Assembly: GCA_963814585.1 (NCBI GenBank)
Contig: CAWFDF010000003.1
Location: 192,001 to 256,000, forward strand
Source: an uncultured delta proteobacterium
Lineage (GTDB): Bacteria > Myxococcota > Myxococcia > Myxococcales > Anaeromyxobacteraceae
DNA: 64,000 nucleotides
Reading direction: 5' to 3'
A program made the translations under genes and the position numbers. The notes beneath the pieces were generated by a model. The model saw nothing but the letters and a program-made list of their open reading frames with translations. It was not told the origin of the DNA and made no database searches. Below are positions 43,304 through 53,756 of the stretch, one piece after another; the stretch's first letter is position 1, and each line of letters begins with the position of its first letter.

Positions 43304-43729
43304 ATGGAAGTCGCGCAGGTCTCGGTATTCCTGGAGAACCGGTCGGGTGGGCTCGTCGAGGTCGTCGACGTGCTGGCCAAGAACGGCGTCGACATGAAGG
43401 CGCTCTCGCTCGCCGACATGGCCGACTTCGGCATCCTCCGGCTCATCGTCGACGACCCGGAGGAGACCCGGCGCATCCTCAAGGAGGCCGGCTTCACCGT
43501 GGACAAGACGCGGGTGGTGGCCGTCCAGGTGCCGGATCGGCCGGGCGGGCTGAGCGAGACGCTCCACGCCCTCCGCCGCAACAACATCAACGTCGAGTAC
43601 ATGTACTCGGCGGCCCGGCGCCAGGGAGAGAGCGCCATCATCATCTTCCGCTTCGACGAGATCGGGCGCGCCCTCGACGCCCTGCGTGGCGCCGGCGTCA
43701 CGGTGCTCGATCGCCTCGAGCCGCTCTAG
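43304..43729 (+). CDS. ACT-domain protein
   Basis: Motifs QVSVFLENRSG, DFGILRLIV, DRPGGL and INVEYMY. Confidence 0.9.
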   Translation: MEVAQVSVFLENRSGGLVEVVDVLAKNGVDMKALSLADMADFGILRLIVDDPEETRRILKEAGFTVDKTRVVAVQVPDRPGGLSETLHALRRNNINVEYMYSAARRQGESAIIIFRFDEIGRALDALRGAGVTVLDRLEPL

Positions 43730-43753
43730 CGATCGCGGCCGACGACCTCCCCG

Positions 43754-44632
43754 GTGACCGCCCTCTTCTTCCAGTACCTGATGGCCGGTCTCACCTACGG
43801 CATGATCTACGCCGTCGTGGGGATGGGCTTCAACATCATCTACAACGCCACCGGCGTCATCAACTTCGCCCAGGGCGAGTTCGTCATGCTGGGCGGGATG
43901 ATCGCCGTCTCGCTCGTCACCTGGCTGCCGCTCCCGCTCGCCATCGTCCTGGCGGTCATGGCCACCATGGTGATCGGGGCGCTGGTGGAGCTGCTCTTCA
44001 TCCGCTGGCTCGCCAGCCCCTCGGTGCTGCGGATGATCATCATCACCGTCGGCATCTCCATCCTCATCCGCGAGGCCGCCATGCTGGTGTGGGGCCAGAA
44101 CGTCCGGGCGCTGCCCTACTTCACCGGCACCGAGGTCACCTCGCTCTCCATCGGCGGCGCCCGCGTCTCGCCCCAGGTCCTCTGGACGCTGGGCGCCTGC
44201 TCCGCCCTGGTGGCGCTCACCACCGCCTTCTTCCGCTGGAGCAGCACCGGGAAGCAGATGCGGGCCTGCGCCTCGAACCGGGTGGCCGCCTCGCTCTGCG
44301 GGCTGCCGACCCGCAACCTGATCACCGCCTCGTTCGTCCTGAGCGCCGGGATGGGCGCCCTGGCCGGCTGCGTGGTCTCGCCCATCACCTACACCCAGTA
44401 CAACATCGGCACCGGCCTCGCCATCAAGGGCTTCACCGTCGCCATCCTCGGCGGCCTGGGAAGCAGCCTGGCCGCGGTGACGGCCGGGCTGGTGCTCGGC
44501 GTCCTCGAGGCCTTCGCCGTCTCGGTGCTGCCCTCGGCCTACAAGGACGCCGTCTCCATCGCCCTCCTCCTCGCCATCCTCTTCCTCAGGCCCACCGGCC
44601 TCTTCGCCGCCCGGGTCGCCTACCGGCCGTAG
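43754..44632 (+). CDS. Branched-chain amino acid-type ABC transporter permease (LivH-like)
   Basis: Motifs GVINFAQGEFVMLG, GKQMRA, KGFTVAILGGLGS and RPTGLF. Confidence 0.9.
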   Translation: MTALFFQYLMAGLTYGMIYAVVGMGFNIIYNATGVINFAQGEFVMLGGMIAVSLVTWLPLPLAIVLAVMATMVIGALVELLFIRWLASPSVLRMIIITVGISILIREAAMLVWGQNVRALPYFTGTEVTSLSIGGARVSPQVLWTLGACSALVALTTAFFRWSSTGKQMRACASNRVAASLCGLPTRNLITASFVLSAGMGALAGCVVSPITYTQYNIGTGLAIKGFTVAILGGLGSSLAAVTAGLVLGVLEAFAVSVLPSAYKDAVSIALLLAILFLRPTGLFAARVAYRP

Positions 44633-44639
44633 GGGAGCC

Positions 44640-45722
44640 ATGCGAGTCAACCGCTACGGCCAGGTCGGGCTCTTCGTGGCTGCCGCCGTGGGGATCCAGC
44701 TCGCCGCGGCGGCGGCGGGGAAGGGCTTCCTGCTCACCCAGCTGACCATGTCCGCCTACTACACGCTGGTGGTGGTGGGGCTCACGCTGCTCATGGGCTA
44801 CGCCGGCCAGATCTCGCTCGGCCACGCCGGCTTCTTCGCGGTGGGCGGCTACACCTCGGCGGTGCTCACCACCCTCGACCTGGCCCCGTACCGGACCCAG
44901 CCGCTGGTCGCCGTCTCGGAGCGGCTGGGGCTCCTGGTGTCCCGCCCCGACCTGTACGGGAGCGAGCTGCTGGTGGTCCAGCCGCTCGTCGCCTGCGTCC
45001 TGGCGATGGTCCTGGCGATCGCGCTGGCCGTGGTGGTCGGGATCCCGGTGCTCAAGCTCAAGGGGCACTACCTGGCGATGGCCACCCTCGGCGTCGGCAC
45101 CATCGTCTACAGCGTCGCGCTCGGGACCCAGTGGCTGGGCGCGGCCGACGGCATCTCCGCGGTCCCGCCCTTCCCGCTCCCCTTCGGCGCCAGCGTGGGT
45201 GGCCGGGCCGCGGGCCGGGTGGTCAACTACTACGTCGCCGTGTCGCTCCTGGCCGTGGCCATGCTGCTGGCGCTCAACCTGGTGCAGGCGCGGGTGGGCC
45301 GCGCGCTCCGCGCCATCCACGGCGCCGAGGACGCGGCGGGCGCCATGGGCGTCGACACCGCCAGCCTCAAGCTGAAGACCTTCGTGCTGAGCGCGGCCCT
45401 GGCCGCGCTGGCGGGCGTGTTCCTCACCCACTACAACGGCGGCATCGGGCCCTCCGAGGCCTCGGTCATGAAGTCGGTGAAGTACATGGCCATCGTCGCG
45501 GTGGGCGGCATGGGGAGCCTCTGGGGCACGCTGGGGATGAGCCTGACGCTCACCTTCCTCTCCCTCCGCGGCACCTTCGGCATCTTCGACGACGTGGTCT
45601 TCGGGCTGATCCTCGTCGGCATCATGCTCTTCGCGCCGGACGGCCTGCTGGCGCTCGAGCCGCGCCGCGCCCTGGCCGCGCTCCGGGCCCGGCTGCGCGG
45701 CGCCCGGGAGGAGCCCCGGTGA
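44640..45722 (+). CDS. Branched-chain amino acid-type ABC transporter permease (LivM-like)
   Basis: Motifs GYAGQISLGHAGFFAVGGY, LKGHYLAMATL, GRALRAI and GGMGSLWG. Confidence 0.9.
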   Translation: MRVNRYGQVGLFVAAAVGIQLAAAAAGKGFLLTQLTMSAYYTLVVVGLTLLMGYAGQISLGHAGFFAVGGYTSAVLTTLDLAPYRTQPLVAVSERLGLLVSRPDLYGSELLVVQPLVACVLAMVLAIALAVVVGIPVLKLKGHYLAMATLGVGTIVYSVALGTQWLGAADGISAVPPFPLPFGASVGGRAAGRVVNYYVAVSLLAVAMLLALNLVQARVGRALRAIHGAEDAAGAMGVDTASLKLKTFVLSAALAALAGVFLTHYNGGIGPSEASVMKSVKYMAIVAVGGMGSLWGTLGMSLTLTFLSLRGTFGIFDDVVFGLILVGIMLFAPDGLLALEPRRALAALRARLRGAREEPR

Positions 45723-46486
45723 CGCCCTTCCTCGAGGTGGGCGGGGTCTCCAAGCGCTTCGGCGGCGTCCAGGCCGTCAGCAGCGTGAGCTTCCAGCTGC
45801 GCCAGGGGATGATCAAGGCGGTCATCGGCCCCAACGGCGCGGGCAAGACCACGCTCTTCAACATGGTCTCGGGCTTCTCGTCGCCCGACCGCGGCTCCAT
45901 CGCGTTCGGCGGCCGCCCCATCCACGGCCTCCTTCCGCACCAGGTCGCCGGCCACGGGATCTCCCGGACCTTCCAGAACATCAGGCTCTTCGAGCACCTG
46001 TCGGCGCTGGAGAACGTCATGGTGGGCCGCCACCGGCGCGCCCGGGCCGGCTTCCTGGCCGGCATGCTCGACCTGGGCTGGGCCCGGCGCGAGGCGGACG
46101 CGGTGCGGGGCCACGCCCTGGAGACGATGGCCTTCCTCGGAATCGAGGCGCTCGCCGATGCCGAGGCGACCAGCCTCGCCTACGGGCAGCAGCGCGCCGT
46201 GGAGCTGGCCCGGGCCCTCGCCTCCGACCCGCTGCTGGTGCTCCTCGACGAGCCCGCCGCCGGCCTCAACATGCGGGAGACCCGGGACCTGGCGGGGCTC
46301 ATCACCCGCATCCGCGACCGGGGCATCACCGTCCTGCTGGTCGAGCACGACATGTCGCTGGTCATGGAGATCTGCGACGAGGTGCTGGTCCTGAGCTACG
46401 GTGAGAAGATCGCGGAGGCCGATCCCGCCACCGTGCAGCGCGACCAGAAGGTGGTGAAGGTCTACCTGGGTGAAGAGGAATGCTGA
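45719..46486 (+). CDS. ABC transporter ATP-binding protein (LivG-like)
   Basis: Motifs GPNGAGKTT, RTFQN, LAYGQQR, LLDEPAAG and VEHDM. Confidence 0.92.
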   Translation: MTPFLEVGGVSKRFGGVQAVSSVSFQLRQGMIKAVIGPNGAGKTTLFNMVSGFSSPDRGSIAFGGRPIHGLLPHQVAGHGISRTFQNIRLFEHLSALENVMVGRHRRARAGFLAGMLDLGWARREADAVRGHALETMAFLGIEALADAEATSLAYGQQRAVELARALASDPLLVLLDEPAAGLNMRETRDLAGLITRIRDRGITVLLVEHDMSLVMEICDEVLVLSYGEKIAEADPATVQRDQKVVKVYLGEEEC

Positions 46487-47226
46487 CCATCCGCACACTC
46501 GACGTGGCGTACGGCGCGGTCACCGTGCTCCGCGGCGTCTCCCTGCACGTCCGGGAGGGGGAGGTGGTGGCGATCGTCGGCGCCAACGGGGCCGGCAAGA
46601 CCACGCTCCTCAAGGCCGTGACCGGCCTGGTCCGTCCCCAGCGCGGCGACATCCGCCTCCGCGGCCAGTCGATCCTGGAGGCCGGCACCGGCCGCATCGT
46701 CGCCAGCGGGTGCTCCCTGGTGCCGGAGGGGCGCCAGATCTTCGGCGACCTGTCGGTCCGGGACAACCTGCTGCTCGGCGCCTACGTCCAGTTCCGGCGC
46801 GGCAAGGCCGGCGAGGTCGACGCCGACCTGGCGCGGGTGATGGGGATGTTCCCCATCCTCGAGACGCGGGCCGACCAGCTGGGCGGGACCCTCTCCGGTG
46901 GCGAGCAGCAGATGCTGGCCATCGGGCGGGCCCTCATGGCCCGGCCCACCCTGCTCATGCTCGACGAGCCGTCGATGGGGCTCGCGCCCCTGGTGGTGAA
47001 GGAGATCTTCGAGGTCATCTCCCGGATCAGCCGGGCCGGGTGCACCGTGCTCCTGGTCGAGCAGAACGCCCGGGGCGCCCTCAAGATCGCCAACCGCGGC
47101 TACGTGCTGGAGACCGGTCGCATCGTCCTGGAAGGATCGGCCGAGGACCTGCTCGCCAGCCGGGAGATGCAGCGCGCCTACCTGGGCCGGGACGTCCACT
47201 CGGAGTCAGAGAGGATCACCACATGA
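46480..47226 (+). CDS. ABC transporter ATP-binding protein (LivF-like)
   Basis: Motifs GANGAGKTT, VPEGRQIF, LSGGEQQMLAIGRALM, LDEPSMGLAP and VEQNA. Confidence 0.92.
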   Translation: MLTIRTLDVAYGAVTVLRGVSLHVREGEVVAIVGANGAGKTTLLKAVTGLVRPQRGDIRLRGQSILEAGTGRIVASGCSLVPEGRQIFGDLSVRDNLLLGAYVQFRRGKAGEVDADLARVMGMFPILETRADQLGGTLSGGEQQMLAIGRALMARPTLLMLDEPSMGLAPLVVKEIFEVISRISRAGCTVLLVEQNARGALKIANRGYVLETGRIVLEGSAEDLLASREMQRAYLGRDVHSESERITT

Positions 47227-48542
47227 CCGCCACCTTGACGCCGGCCGGCTTCTGGCAGCCGGACGAAGAGTGCATGCACCGCGAGGACCTCGGGCAGCTC
47301 CAGCTGGAGCGGCTCCAGGCGACGCTGAGCCGGGTGGCGCGCAGCGTCCCGTTCTACCGGTCGGCCTTCGACGCCATCCGCTTCGACCCGGACGACCTCC
47401 GGTCCCTCGACGACCTGCGGCGCCTCCCCTTCACCACCAAGGCCGACCTGGCCGAGGCCTACCCGTACGGCTTCCTGGCGGTGCCGCTGCGGGAGGTGGT
47501 CCGCCTCCACGGCACCGGCGGCTCGGGGAGCTCCGGCATCGTCATGGGGTACACCCGCAACGACATCAAGACCTGGGCCAACCTCAGCGCCCGGAACCTG
47601 GTGGCCGAGGGGGTGACCAAGGACGACGTCCTGCAGATCACCTTCGACTACGGCCTCTTCACCGGCGCCTTCGGCGTCCACTTCGGGGCCGAGCGGCTCG
47701 GCGCCTCGGTGATCCCCATCTCGAGCGGCAACACCAAGCGCCAGATCAAGATCATGGTGGACTACAAGACCACCGCCCTGGTCTCGACGCCCAGCTACGC
47801 GCTCCACCTCATCGAGGCGATGCGGGCCGCCAACCTCAGCACCAACGCGCTGTCGCTGCGGCGGGTCCTGGTGGGGGGCGAGCCCTTCCAGGAGGAGACG
47901 CGGCGGCAGATCGAGGAGGCCCTCCACGTCACCGTCACCGACAACTACGCGGTGAGCGAGCTGCTCGGGCCGGGCGTCGCCTCCGAGTGCCTCGAGCGCA
48001 ACGGCCTCCACCTCAACGAGGACCACTTCATCCCCGAGATCGTCGAGCCCGGGACCTTGAAGCCCGTGCCGCCGGGCGCCCAGGGGGAGCTGGTGCTCAC
48101 CTCGCTCACCAAGGAGGCCTTCCCGCTCATCCGCTTTCGCACCCGGGATCTCACCAGCCTGGACACGGCGCCGTGCCCGTGCGGACGGACCTCGGCGCGG
48201 ATCACGCGGATGGAGGCCCGCACCGACGACATGCTCATCATCAAGGGCGTGAACGTCTTCCCCTCCCAGGTCGAGGCGGTGCTCCGCGCCGTGGACCAGT
48301 CCGCGCCCCGTTACCAGCTGGTCATCGAGCGGAGGGAGGCCCTCGACGTGGCCACCGTGCTGGTCGAGGTGTCGCAGTCGGTGTTCTTCGACGAGATGCG
48401 GAGGCAGGCCGGCTACCGCGACCTCCTCCGGCACCGCCTGGCGTCGGACCTCGGCGTCAGCTTCGACGTGAAGCTGGTGGAGAAGAGCACCATGGACGGC
48501 GTCGCCGCCAAGGGGAAGGTCGTCGACCTGCGGAGGCGGTGA
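47223..48542 (+). CDS. Second phenylacetate-CoA ligase-like protein (divergent)
   Basis: Motifs [22 protein letters not shown] and [17 protein letters not shown]. The P-loop reads HGTGGSGSS instead of HASSGTTG. Confidence 0.85.
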   Translation: MTATLTPAGFWQPDEECMHREDLGQLQLERLQATLSRVARSVPFYRSAFDAIRFDPDDLRSLDDLRRLPFTTKADLAEAYPYGFLAVPLREVVRLHGTGGSGSSGIVMGYTRNDIKTWANLSARNLVAEGVTKDDVLQITFDYGLFTGAFGVHFGAERLGASVIPISSGNTKRQIKIMVDYKTTALVSTPSYALHLIEAMRAANLSTNALSLRRVLVGGEPFQEETRRQIEEALHVTVTDNYAVSELLGPGVASECLERNGLHLNEDHFIPEIVEPGTLKPVPPGAQGELVLTSLTKEAFPLIRFRTRDLTSLDTAPCPCGRTSARITRMEARTDDMLIIKGVNVFPSQVEAVLRAVDQSAPRYQLVIERREALDVATVLVEVSQSVFFDEMRRQAGYRDLLRHRLASDLGVSFDVKLVEKSTMDGVAAKGKVVDLRRR

Positions 48543-48548
48543 CCGGGT

Positions 48549-49259
48549 CTAGACATACTGCCCGGCGTCGACGCGGATCACCTCGCCGGTGACCATCCGG
48601 GCGGCGTCGGACAGCAGGAAGAGCACCGCCGCGGCCACGTCCTCCACCTCCGGGAGGCGCTTCAGCAGGGTCTCGTCGAGGGCCCGCTGCCGGTGCTCCT
48701 CGGCCAGGGCCAGGGTCATCTCGGTGAGGACCATCCCGGGGGCGACGGCGTTCACCGTGATCCCCCTGGGGCCCAGCTCGCGGGCGGCCGTCTTGGTGAG
48801 CCCGACCAGCCCGGCCTTCGAGGCGCTGTAGTTCGCCTGGCCGAACTTGCCCCGCAGCCCGTTGATGGAGACGACGTTGACGACCCGGCCGTACCCCGCC
48901 GCCACCATGCCCGGGGCCACCGCCCGCAGGACGTGGAAGGCGCCGGTGAGGTTCACGCCGATCACCGAGTCCCACTCCTCGTCGCTCATCTTGAGGAGGC
49001 TGCGATCCCGGGTGATCCCGGCGTTGTTGACGAGGAGGAGCGGCGGGCGCGGCAGCGCCCCGACCGCCGCCGTCACCGCCCCGCCGTCGGTGATGTCCAC
49101 GGCGTGGAAGTGGATCCCGTCGCCGCCGGCCCCGGGCTCCCGGTCGAGGACGTGGACCTCGGCGCCGAGCCCGGCCAGCCGCCCGGCGATGCCGCGGCCG
49201 ATGCCGCGGGCGCCGCCGGTGACCAGGGCGCAGCGGCCGTCGAACCGACCCGTGGCCAT
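48549..49259 (-). CDS. SDR oxidoreductase (FabG/PhaB-like; candidate 3-hydroxyacyl-CoA dehydrogenase)
   Basis: Motifs TGGARGIG, NNAGITRD, YSASK and NAVAPG. Confidence 0.88.
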   Translation of the reverse strand: MATGRFDGRCALVTGGARGIGRGIAGRLAGLGAEVHVLDREPGAGGDGIHFHAVDITDGGAVTAAVGALPRPPLLLVNNAGITRDRSLLKMSDEEWDSVIGVNLTGAFHVLRAVAPGMVAAGYGRVVNVVSINGLRGKFGQANYSASKAGLVGLTKTAARELGPRGITVNAVAPGMVLTEMTLALAEEHRQRALDETLLKRLPEVEDVAAAVLFLLSDAARMVTGEVIRVDAGQYV

Positions 49260-49273
49260 GGGCGCCGGCCCGG

Positions 49274-50212
49274 TCACGTGACCGGCCTCGGGACGGCGGG
49301 CCCCGCGATGGGCCGGGTGAAGGCGATCCGCTGCGAGTGGGTGAAGCCGGTCCGCGACAGGAAGGCGAGGAGCGGGATCTCCCGCCAGTCCGCCTCGGTG
49401 ACCACCTGCTCGGCCCGCAGCCCCTCCAGGTTGAGGAGGAGCTGCTCGAGCAGGGCCCGGCCGACGCCCTCGCCGCGGTCGTCCGGATCCACCGCGATGG
49501 TGTCGAGGACGGCGGTCGGCTCGGTGCGGCCGAACTCGCCGAACTCGACCCGCGCCATGAGGAACCCGGTCAGCCGGGTGCCCTGCTCCGCCACCAGCCC
49601 CATGCGGATGGCGGAGCCGCGCAGCGCCTCGGCCACCATGCGGGCGTAGTAGGCGGAGCGATCGCGGCGGGTGACCTTGCGGTCGAGCCGGATGATGGCC
49701 CTCAGGTCCCTCTCGGTCATCGATCGGACCGGGAGCTCCACGCCCGCGGTCTCCTCGTCGGGGAGCCGGTCGAGGGAGCGCTCCAGGACCAGCCGCGGCG
49801 CCAGGCGGAAGCCGGCGCGGGCGAAGAAGGTGGCCAGCCCGTGGTCCGTCCACTCCACCTGGGTCCTCAGCTCGCGGGCACCGCGAGTCGAGAGCTCCCC
49901 CTCCAGGGCCGCCAGCACCTCGGTGGCCACCCCCTGGTGGAGCGCCCGGGTGTCGACCCCGACGGCGTCGAGGACGCCCACCGGCGCCTGCCCGCCGAAC
50001 TCGCCGTCGAGGACGCGGGCGAAGGCGAACCCCGCCGGCCGGCCGCCTCGCTCCGCCACCACCGCCACGCCGCCACCCGGCTCCTCCGCCAGCCCCCGGA
50101 TCCGTCTGGCGTAGAACTCGCTCCGGGCGCGCCCGGACCGCTCCCGGTCGATGGCCACCACCGCGTCGAGGTCGGCGGCGACGAGGGGACGCGTCGTCGG
50201 GCGATCGGTCAT
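49274..50212 (-). CDS. Tandem GNAT acetyltransferase (two BadL-like domains)
   Basis: Two repeats of DL.A...D...R..YY / GF..ARV..GEFG / LD...VD....GV. Directly downstream of bcrD. Confidence 0.8.
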   Translation of the reverse strand: MTDRPTTRPLVAADLDAVVAIDRERSGRARSEFYARRIRGLAEEPGGGVAVVAERGGRPAGFAFARVLDGEFGGQAPVGVLDAVGVDTRALHQGVATEVLAALEGELSTRGARELRTQVEWTDHGLATFFARAGFRLAPRLVLERSLDRLPDEETAGVELPVRSMTERDLRAIIRLDRKVTRRDRSAYYARMVAEALRGSAIRMGLVAEQGTRLTGFLMARVEFGEFGRTEPTAVLDTIAVDPDDRGEGVGRALLEQLLLNLEGLRAEQVVTEADWREIPLLAFLSRTGFTHSQRIAFTRPIAGPAVPRPVT

Positions 50213-50224
50213 TCGGTGGCCTCC

Positions 50225-51088
50225 CTAGGTGGCCAGCGCGCCGGCCGGGCGCGCCGAGAGCTTGTGGTGACGGAAGGCGCCCCACAGCGCGGCGCCGATG
50301 GCCCCGGCGTAGATGGCGTCGGGGTGGCTCCTCACCTGGACCGGGAGCTGGGCCTCGGCGCCCGCCTCCTGGATGGCGGCCACCAGCCCGCCGTCGAGCC
50401 CCAGGCCGCCGGTGACCAGGACCGTCCCCTCCAGCGCGCCGATCCCCCGGACCAGCGCGGCCAGGCGCTGGGCCATGGAGACGTGGATCCCCTTGAGGAT
50501 GTTGGCCGCCGAGATGCCGCGCGAGACCATGTTGATGACGTCGGTCTCGGCCAGCACCGCGCAGATCGAGGAGACCTTCTCCGGCGCCGTCCCCTGCAGC
50601 GAGAGGGTGCCGATCTCGTCCTGGGCGATCCCGAGGTAGCGGGCGATGTTCTCCAGGAACTGCCCGGAGCCCGAGGCGCACTGGCTGGTCATCTTGTAGG
50701 AGAGCACCTTGCCGCGGGCGTCGGTGCGGATGGCCCGCCCGTGGAGCGCCCCGACGTCGAGGACCAGGCGGGTCGAGGGGTCGAGGTGGATGGCCCCGCG
50801 AGCGTGGGTGGTCATCGAGTAGAAGTGGCCGGTCGCGAAGGAGATGCTCTCGCCATCGCCGGTGGTGGCGACGTAGGCGAGGTCGGCGCGGCGGAGGCCG
50901 GCCTCGGCCAGGACCGCGTCGAAGGCCTCCCCGGCCAGTGCGTAGGGATCGCGCTGCCGGATCCGATCGACGCGCCGTCCCACCCAGCGCGACGTCCCGC
51001 CGCTGGTCTCGAAGAGCGCCACCTTGACGCACCCGGTGCCGACGTCGATGCCCGCGGTGATGGTCATCTGCGCTCCCTGGCCGCTCAT
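50225..51088 (-). CDS. bcrD: Benzoyl-CoA reductase subunit D (ATPase module)
   Basis: Motifs [52 protein letters not shown] and [15 protein letters not shown]. Start is at 51088 or 51067. Confidence 0.93.
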   Translation of the reverse strand: MSGQGAQMTITAGIDVGTGCVKVALFETSGGTSRWVGRRVDRIRQRDPYALAGEAFDAVLAEAGLRRADLAYVATTGDGESISFATGHFYSMTTHARGAIHLDPSTRLVLDVGALHGRAIRTDARGKVLSYKMTSQCASGSGQFLENIARYLGIAQDEIGTLSLQGTAPEKVSSICAVLAETDVINMVSRGISAANILKGIHVSMAQRLAALVRGIGALEGTVLVTGGLGLDGGLVAAIQEAGAEAQLPVQVRSHPDAIYAGAIGAALWGAFRHHKLSARPAGALAT

Positions 51089-52416
51089 GCCGTGGCGCCG
51101 CGCCGGGCGAAGGCCGCCGCCCCGAGCGCGCCGGTGTAGATCGAGTCGGGGTTGATGTTGATGGTGACGTCGCCGTAGTTCTCCTTCACCAGGTTGCGGA
51201 GCTCCCGCACCGCCGCCTCGTTCTTGGCGACGCCGCCGGTGAAGGTGAACTGGTCGCGGATCCCGCCGGAGCGGGAGATGATCGACATGGCCCTGAGGAT
51301 GATGGCGCGGTGGAGGCCGGCCAGGATGTCCTCGCGCTTGTCGCCCAGCGCCAGCCGGTCGCGGAGCTCGGCGCCGGCGAAGACCGTGCAGGTCGAGTTG
51401 ATGCGCAGCGTCTTGGTGGCCTGGAGCGCCATGGGGCCGAGCTCGTGGAGCCCCATCTGCATCTCGTCGGCCACGTACCCCAGGTAGCGCCCGGTGCCGG
51501 CCGCGCAGCGGTCGTTCATCTGGAAGTTCTCGACGATGCCGTTCTCGTCGACCTGGATGGCCTTGGTGTCCTGGCCGCCGATGTCGAGGACGGTGCGCGT
51601 CCCCTCGTGCATCAGGTGGGCGCCGAGCCCGTGGCAGAGGATCTCGGAGCGGATGTGCTCCTTGGGGAACGGGAGGCGGACCCGCCCGTACCCGGTCCCC
51701 ACCACGTAGGCCTCCTCGAGCGGGATCTCCAGCGCCGCCCGCACCGGCCGGATCACCTCGTCGGCGCCGAGCGGTGGCCCGGCCGCCTCCCCGCCGGCGG
51801 TGCGCGTGGCGAGGACGCTGTCGAGCGCCTCGAGGAACTTCCCCTCCATCCCGTCCTCGCCCTTGCGGTTCTCCACCTCGATGATCGACTTGTCGTAGAC
51901 GTTGAGCAGCAGGTCGAACGAGAGGCCCGACGCCTTGCAGACCGGATCGGCGGCCGTCATGAACCCCGACCCGGCCAGGTCCCGGAAGAAGTCGGAGCGG
52001 CGGCGGGCCCCGGGCGCGAACAGCGCCGTCGACTCCTCGCGAAGCCTTCGGAACACCTCCCCGAGCGCCTCGGCCAGCGCGCGCTCCTGCCCGGCGAAGC
52101 GCAGGCCCCCGCTGTGGCGCAGGCAGGTCTCCTCCAGGTCGCGGAGCTGGGACCGGAACTGCACCAGCCTGAAGTGGCGCTCGAGGTCGACGAGGAGCCC
52201 GTCGACCCGGCCGGCCAGGGCCGGGGCGGCGGAGAGGGCGCGACGGAAGAGCGTGAAGCGGGCGGCGACGAAGGCCTCCTGCTTGGAGACCGCCGCGGCG
52301 GTGTCGTAGTTGGAGCGGGAGTTGGTGATGCCCCGCCCCAGCACCCTGGCGTCCTCGTCGACGACCACCGACTTGGTGGTCGTCGAGCCGAGATCGATGC
52401 CGATGTAGCACTTCAT
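51085..52416 (-). CDS. bcrA: Benzoyl-CoA reductase subunit A (ATPase module)
   Basis: Motifs [53 protein letters not shown] and NSTCTVFA. Long Thauera-type form. Confidence 0.93.
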   Translation of the reverse strand: MKCYIGIDLGSTTTKSVVVDEDARVLGRGITNSRSNYDTAAAVSKQEAFVAARFTLFRRALSAAPALAGRVDGLLVDLERHFRLVQFRSQLRDLEETCLRHSGGLRFAGQERALAEALGEVFRRLREESTALFAPGARRRSDFFRDLAGSGFMTAADPVCKASGLSFDLLLNVYDKSIIEVENRKGEDGMEGKFLEALDSVLATRTAGGEAAGPPLGADEVIRPVRAALEIPLEEAYVVGTGYGRVRLPFPKEHIRSEILCHGLGAHLMHEGTRTVLDIGGQDTKAIQVDENGIVENFQMNDRCAAGTGRYLGYVADEMQMGLHELGPMALQATKTLRINSTCTVFAGAELRDRLALGDKREDILAGLHRAIILRAMSIISRSGGIRDQFTFTGGVAKNEAAVRELRNLVKENYGDVTININPDSIYTGALGAAAFARRGATA

Positions 52417-52436
52417 GGAGGGCCTCCACCCATCGG

Positions 52437-53756
52437 TCAGGCCGCGGACGGCGCGCTGCCGCGCTTCTGGTCGATCATCTGGAAGTAGCTCTCGAGCCGG
52501 TTCTTCACGTTGGCCGCCGAGAAGTAGCGCGGGTCGACCAGGTCGGTCTCGATGAAGGCGGCCGGCTTCCCGGTGCGCTTCTCGACCTCGCGCATGATCA
52601 TGAGCTGGCCGGCCGAGAAGCTGTTGCAGCTCTTGATGGAGTTGATGAGGAGCCCGTCGGCCTGGTACTCGTCCATGTACTTCTCGAGCAGGTCGATGCG
52701 CTGCGGCAGGTTGCGGTTGGTGTAGACCCCCATGCAGTAGTCGGCCAGCGACTCGAGGGGATGATCCGGATCGTGGCGGAAGCCGAGGTCGTAGGTGCCG
52801 CCGACCTTGGTGTAGCTCGAAGCCACCACCACCGCGCCGTCGTCGTAGAACATCTTCCAGAACTCGCGGAAGCTGGTCCAGTTGGGCGGCCCCTCCACCA
52901 CCAGCCGGTAGCGCTGGCTCTTCATGTCGCCCTCCGGCGTGATGGGCCCCAGCCCCAGCCGGATCCGCTCCTCGATCTCCGCGCGCAGGAGCCGGTAGTA
53001 CTCGGTGGCGTCGGGGGTGCCACGGAAGGCCGTGAAGATGGGGCCGATGTAGTAGACGCCGCCGAAGTAGGCGTCGATGGGCGCCGGCGTGGTCTTGGCG
53101 CTCTCCAGGACCCAGACCAGGTCGTCCTCGGCGCGCGCCGACTCCCGCAGGTACTCGCGGAGCCGGTCGATGTCGAACTTCACGCCGGAGACCCGCTCCA
53201 GGGCCGGGATGACCTCCTGGCGGAGCTGCTTGACGATGTAGTCCCGCATGTTCCTCGTCGTCTCGCCGTCCCCCTGGTAGGGAACGTGGAGCATGACGGT
53301 CGGGCACTTGTACTCCTCGCGGAGGAGCTCGAACCACTTCATGAAGGTGAAGCAGCCGGTGTAGGAGAGCAGCAGCAGGTCGGGGCGCGGCAGCGGCTTC
53401 CCGTTGGGCGAGACGTTGCCCCTGGCGATCATCCCCAGGTCGGCCTTCACGTAGGTGCAGACGTCCTCGGAGTGGCCGCGCTTCTCCGCCTCGGCGATGT
53501 AGTCGCCGGACACCTTTCGCATCCCGTTCTGGATGGCGTTGATCTCCGGGAGGTTGTTGAGCATGTCGAAGCACATGATCAGCTCGTTGAGGTTGCCCGG
53601 GACGAAGGTCGAGGCCACCTTGCGGCCGTGCTCGGCGGTGCTGGTGAGGAGATCGTAGTTCCGCGCGATCATCTCCTTCTGCTTCACCATCGACGCCTCC
53701 TTCACGACCTCCCGGGCCGGCGCCTGCGGGCGGTGCGACGAGGTCCTGGTCGTCAT
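52437..53756 (-). CDS. bcrB: Benzoyl-CoA reductase subunit B
   Basis: Motifs [47 protein letters not shown] and [11 protein letters not shown]. Confidence 0.93.
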   Translation of the reverse strand: MTTRTSSHRPQAPAREVVKEASMVKQKEMIARNYDLLTSTAEHGRKVASTFVPGNLNELIMCFDMLNNLPEINAIQNGMRKVSGDYIAEAEKRGHSEDVCTYVKADLGMIARGNVSPNGKPLPRPDLLLLSYTGCFTFMKWFELLREEYKCPTVMLHVPYQGDGETTRNMRDYIVKQLRQEVIPALERVSGVKFDIDRLREYLRESARAEDDLVWVLESAKTTPAPIDAYFGGVYYIGPIFTAFRGTPDATEYYRLLRAEIEERIRLGLGPITPEGDMKSQRYRLVVEGPPNWTSFREFWKMFYDDGAVVVASSYTKVGGTYDLGFRHDPDHPLESLADYCMGVYTNRNLPQRIDLLEKYMDEYQADGLLINSIKSCNSFSAGQLMIMREVEKRTGKPAAFIETDLVDPRYFSAANVKNRLESYFQMIDQKRGSAPSAA

